Shown: one piece after another, positions 15,645 through 17,812 of the stretch
Numbering within the stretch: the stretch's first letter is position 1
Layout of the letters: each line of letters starts with the position of its first letter
Assembly: GCA_027031765.1 (NCBI GenBank)
Contig: JALVPN010000025.1
Location: forward strand, 1,982-19,793
Source: Promethearchaeota archaeon
Lineage (GTDB): Archaea > Asgardarchaeota > Thorarchaeia > Thorarchaeales > Thorarchaeaceae
DNA length: 17,812 nt
Direction: 5' to 3'
Notes under the pieces: model-generated
Seen by the model: only the letters and a program-made list of their open reading frames with translations
The model's database searches: none
What the model was told of the DNA's origin: nothing
Program-made: the position numbers and the translations under genes

Positions 15645-16136
15645 ATGACAGGACTGCCCTTTGTGTTTGGCGACCCCCACGTGTGTACAGGTTGCATGAT
15701 CTGTGTCAGTGTCTGCAGCATGCACTACTACAGGGTGATAAGTCCGGAGCGCTCGCGGGTCAGAGTGGTCAGACTGGAAGGGGGCCTTGACTTCCCGCTG
15801 TTCTGTCGCAACTGTGAGGACGCCCCGTGTATCGAGGCATGCCCCGAGGACGCACTGGCCAGGACATCGAAAGGGGTGATAGTGGTGAACAGCCGCAGGT
15901 GTACAGGCTGTGGCAGTTGCGTCAGTGCATGTCCGTACTATGCTATCAGGGTCAACCCTGACACTGGGAAGGCCTTCAAGTGCATCCAGTGTGGCGAGTG
16001 CACGGCATGGTGTCCTGTAGGTGCGATATGGATGACCACAGGTGCAGACCTTGAGAAACGCGACCCCGATGGTAGGCTCCGTGGACTGTACGAGCTCCAC
16101 GCCAGTGAGATATACGACAAGGGGGAGGTACAGTGA
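15645..16136 (+). CDS. 4x[4Fe-4S] electron-transfer protein (probable AOR small subunit), about 163 aa
   Basis: CTGCMICVSVC, CRNCEDAPCIEACP, CTGCGSCVSACP, CIQCGECTAWCP. Start ATG 15645 (GTG 15630 is an alternative). Its stop overlaps the AOR-2 start (GTGA). Confidence 0.93.
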   Translation: MTGLPFVFGDPHVCTGCMICVSVCSMHYYRVISPERSRVRVVRLEGGLDFPLFCRNCEDAPCIEACPEDALARTSKGVIVVNSRRCTGCGSCVSACPYYAIRVNPDTGKAFKCIQCGECTAWCPVGAIWMTTGADLEKRDPDGRLRGLYELHASEIYDKGEVQ

Positions 16137-17812
16137 AGGGTGTCGGTGGCACAGTACTGTGGGTCGACCTGACCCGGCGAGAGATAGAGCGGCGCCCACT
16201 GGACGAGGGTATTGTCCGGGAATACCTGCTCGGTGCAGGGTACCTGTCCCGACTGTTGTACGACCTCATCCCAGAGGACACGGACCCCCTGTCCCCACGG
16301 AACGTGCTCGGCATTGCCACCGGGCTCCTCACAGGCTCGATGTTCCCACAGTCATCAAGGCATGTGGTCGCAGCACTGTCACCGCTGACAGACATATGGG
16401 GCGAGAGCCATGCGGCTGGGTTCTGGGGCGCAGAGCTCAAGCTCGCCGGGTACGATGCCATACTGTTCACAGGCGCGGCGTCGGGGCCGGTGTACCTGGA
16501 CATCCATGACGATGATGTTGCGCTGCTGGACGCCTCAGACCTGTGGGGCTGCGATGTCTTCGAGACCGACAGGCGCCTGCGCAGGCGTCACGGCAGGGCG
16601 TGCAGGGTCCTTGCTATCGGACAGGCGGGCGAGAACCTTGTGAGGTTCGCTGCAATAATGAACGACAGGGACAGGGCCTCTGCCAGATCCGGGCTTGGTG
16701 CCGTGATGGGGTCGAAGCGCCTGAAGGCGGTCTGTGTGCGGGGCACCGGCAAGATCGAGGTCGCCGAGCCGGAGGACTATCTCAGGCACATGTGGGGTCT
16801 CCACAGGCGGATGCTGGCGAACCCGTTCACGGCCGGCCGTGCAGAGTATGGGACGACAGGCCTCATCGAGCTGATGCAGCATATCGGGAGGCTCCCCAGC
16901 TACAACATGCGCCAGGGCGTGTTCGAGGGCGCTGACAGGATAGGTGGCCACGCCATCAACGAGAAGTACCTCGTCAAGCCGCGGGCCGACTGGTGCTGCC
17001 TGCAGAGGTGTGGCAGGTACACGGCCGTCCGGGAGGGGCCCTACAGGTACGAGGGCGGCTCCCCAGAGTTCGAGTCCCAGTCGTCACTTGGCTCCCGTTG
17101 TGGCAACGACAACCTCGAGTCGATACTCTATGCCCACCACCTTGCCAACATGTACGGCATGGACACGATTTCCCTTGGGGCGACAATATCGTGGGCGATG
17201 GAGGCGTGGGACGAGGGCCTGCTCACAGAGGAGGACACGGGTGGCCTCGACCTCTCATGGGGCAACCACGAGGTGATAGTCGGGCTGACCCGCATGATTG
17301 CGTTCCGTGAGGGCTTCGGCGACCTCCTTGCAGAGGGCAGCTACCGTGCGGCCCAGCGCATCGGCCGGGGCACAGAGAGGTTCGTGATGGCGGTCAAGAA
17401 GCAGGAAATCGCAGGTCAGGAACCAAGGGCACAGAAGTCGATGGGGCTGGCGGCAGTGACGGCAGCACGTGGGGCCGACCACCTCTATGGGTTCCCGGTC
17501 CTGGACGAGGTGGGCTTCGACGATGAGATAAAGGAGCGGTACGGGGAGGAGTACCTGCCCGAGATGGCAGACAGGCTGAGCCCACGCCACAAGGGGGTGA
17601 TGGTAGAGATGTCGGAGAACTTCATGGTGGTAGTGGAGAGCGTAGGCGTCTGCAAGTACGGCACGCAGATACCGCCGGAGTTCTACTATGACGACATCGC
17701 CCTGGCACTCAGGGTGCACAACGGGCTGCAGTTTACAGCGGAGGAGCTCGAGACCATTGGCAAGAGGATAGTGAACCTGAACCGGTTGTTCAACGTACGC
17801 AGGGGCGTACGA
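16133..17812 (+). CDS. aor: Tungstopterin aldehyde:ferredoxin oxidoreductase family protein (AOR-2), truncated at the window edge (560 codons seen)
   Basis: Manual translation open from GTG 16133 (GGAGGT upstream) to the window end: MKGVGGTVLWVDLT..., LSPLTDIWGESHAAG, RSGLGAVMGSKRLKAV, DWCCLQRC, SPEFES, NMYGMDTIS, EPR, RGADHL, GVCKYGT. Absent from the ORF track. Confidence 0.95.
   Translation, partial: MKGVGGTVLWVDLTRREIERRPLDEGIVREYLLGAGYLSRLLYDLIPEDTDPLSPRNVLGIATGLLTGSMFPQSSRHVVAALSPLTDIWGESHAAGFWGAELKLAGYDAILFTGAASGPVYLDIHDDDVALLDASDLWGCDVFETDRRLRRRHGRACRVLAIGQAGENLVRFAAIMNDRDRASARSGLGAVMGSKRLKAVCVRGTGKIEVAEPEDYLRHMWGLHRRMLANPFTAGRAEYGTTGLIELMQHIGRLPSYNMRQGVFEGADRIGGHAINEKYLVKPRADWCCLQRCGRYTAVREGPYRYEGGSPEFESQSSLGSRCGNDNLESILYAHHLANMYGMDTISLGATISWAMEAWDEGLLTEEDTGGLDLSWGNHEVIVGLTRMIAFREGFGDLLAEGSYRAAQRIGRGTERFVMAVKKQEIAGQEPRAQKSMGLAAVTAARGADHLYGFPVLDEVGFDDEIKERYGEEYLPEMADRLSPRHKGVMVEMSENFMVVVESVGVCKYGTQIPPEFYYDDIALALRVHNGLQFTAEELETIGKRIVNLNRLFNVRRGVR

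Noticed and set aside
4991-16136. Selenocysteine or pyrrolysine readthrough in the redox or B12 genes
   Set aside because: All TGA/TAG stops fall at natural family C-termini or overlap the next start; no catalytic position is interrupted.
1-17812. Mobile element, CRISPR array or horizontally acquired island
   Set aside because: No transposase, integrase, terminal repeats or repeat-spacer pattern, and no obvious compositional break by eye.

Overview
A GC-rich prokaryotic window that looks archaeal. Nearly every transcription unit has one AT island of BRE+TATA type 30-65 nt upstream, and several genes have GGAGG/GAGGT ribosome-binding sites. Finer taxonomy cannot be fixed from this sequence. 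I find 15 protein-coding genes and no RNA genes, CRISPR array or mobile element. Two genes run off the window edges and are missing from the ORF track: a polytopic membrane protein (<1-506, minus) and a second aldehyde:ferredoxin oxidoreductase (16133->17812, plus). Order: membrane protein(-), deaminase-type amidohydrolase(-), triple-PAS histidine kinase(-), [4x4Fe-4S protein, tungsten AOR-1, PreA/DHODH-like flavo-Fe-S protein](+), M24 peptidase(-), PfkB kinase(-), [MoaD/SAMP, allantoinase/hydantoinase-like enzyme](+), [opine dehydrogenase, B12 protein](-), [4x4Fe-4S protein, AOR-2](+). The main observation is the 548-aa B12 protein. By eye it reads as a single-chain fusion of the glutamate mutase sigma and epsilon subunits. 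It keeps the adenosyl-binding Glu but appears to lack the glutamate-binding arginines and the PLP lysine of aminomutases, and it is translationally coupled to an opine dehydrogenase. This suggests an uncharacterised adenosylcobalamin radical pathway. The PreA-like protein lacks its catalytic Cys loop, and AOR-2 has Asp in place of its first Fe-S Cys. All family comparisons were made by eye against remembered reference sequences, not by database search.
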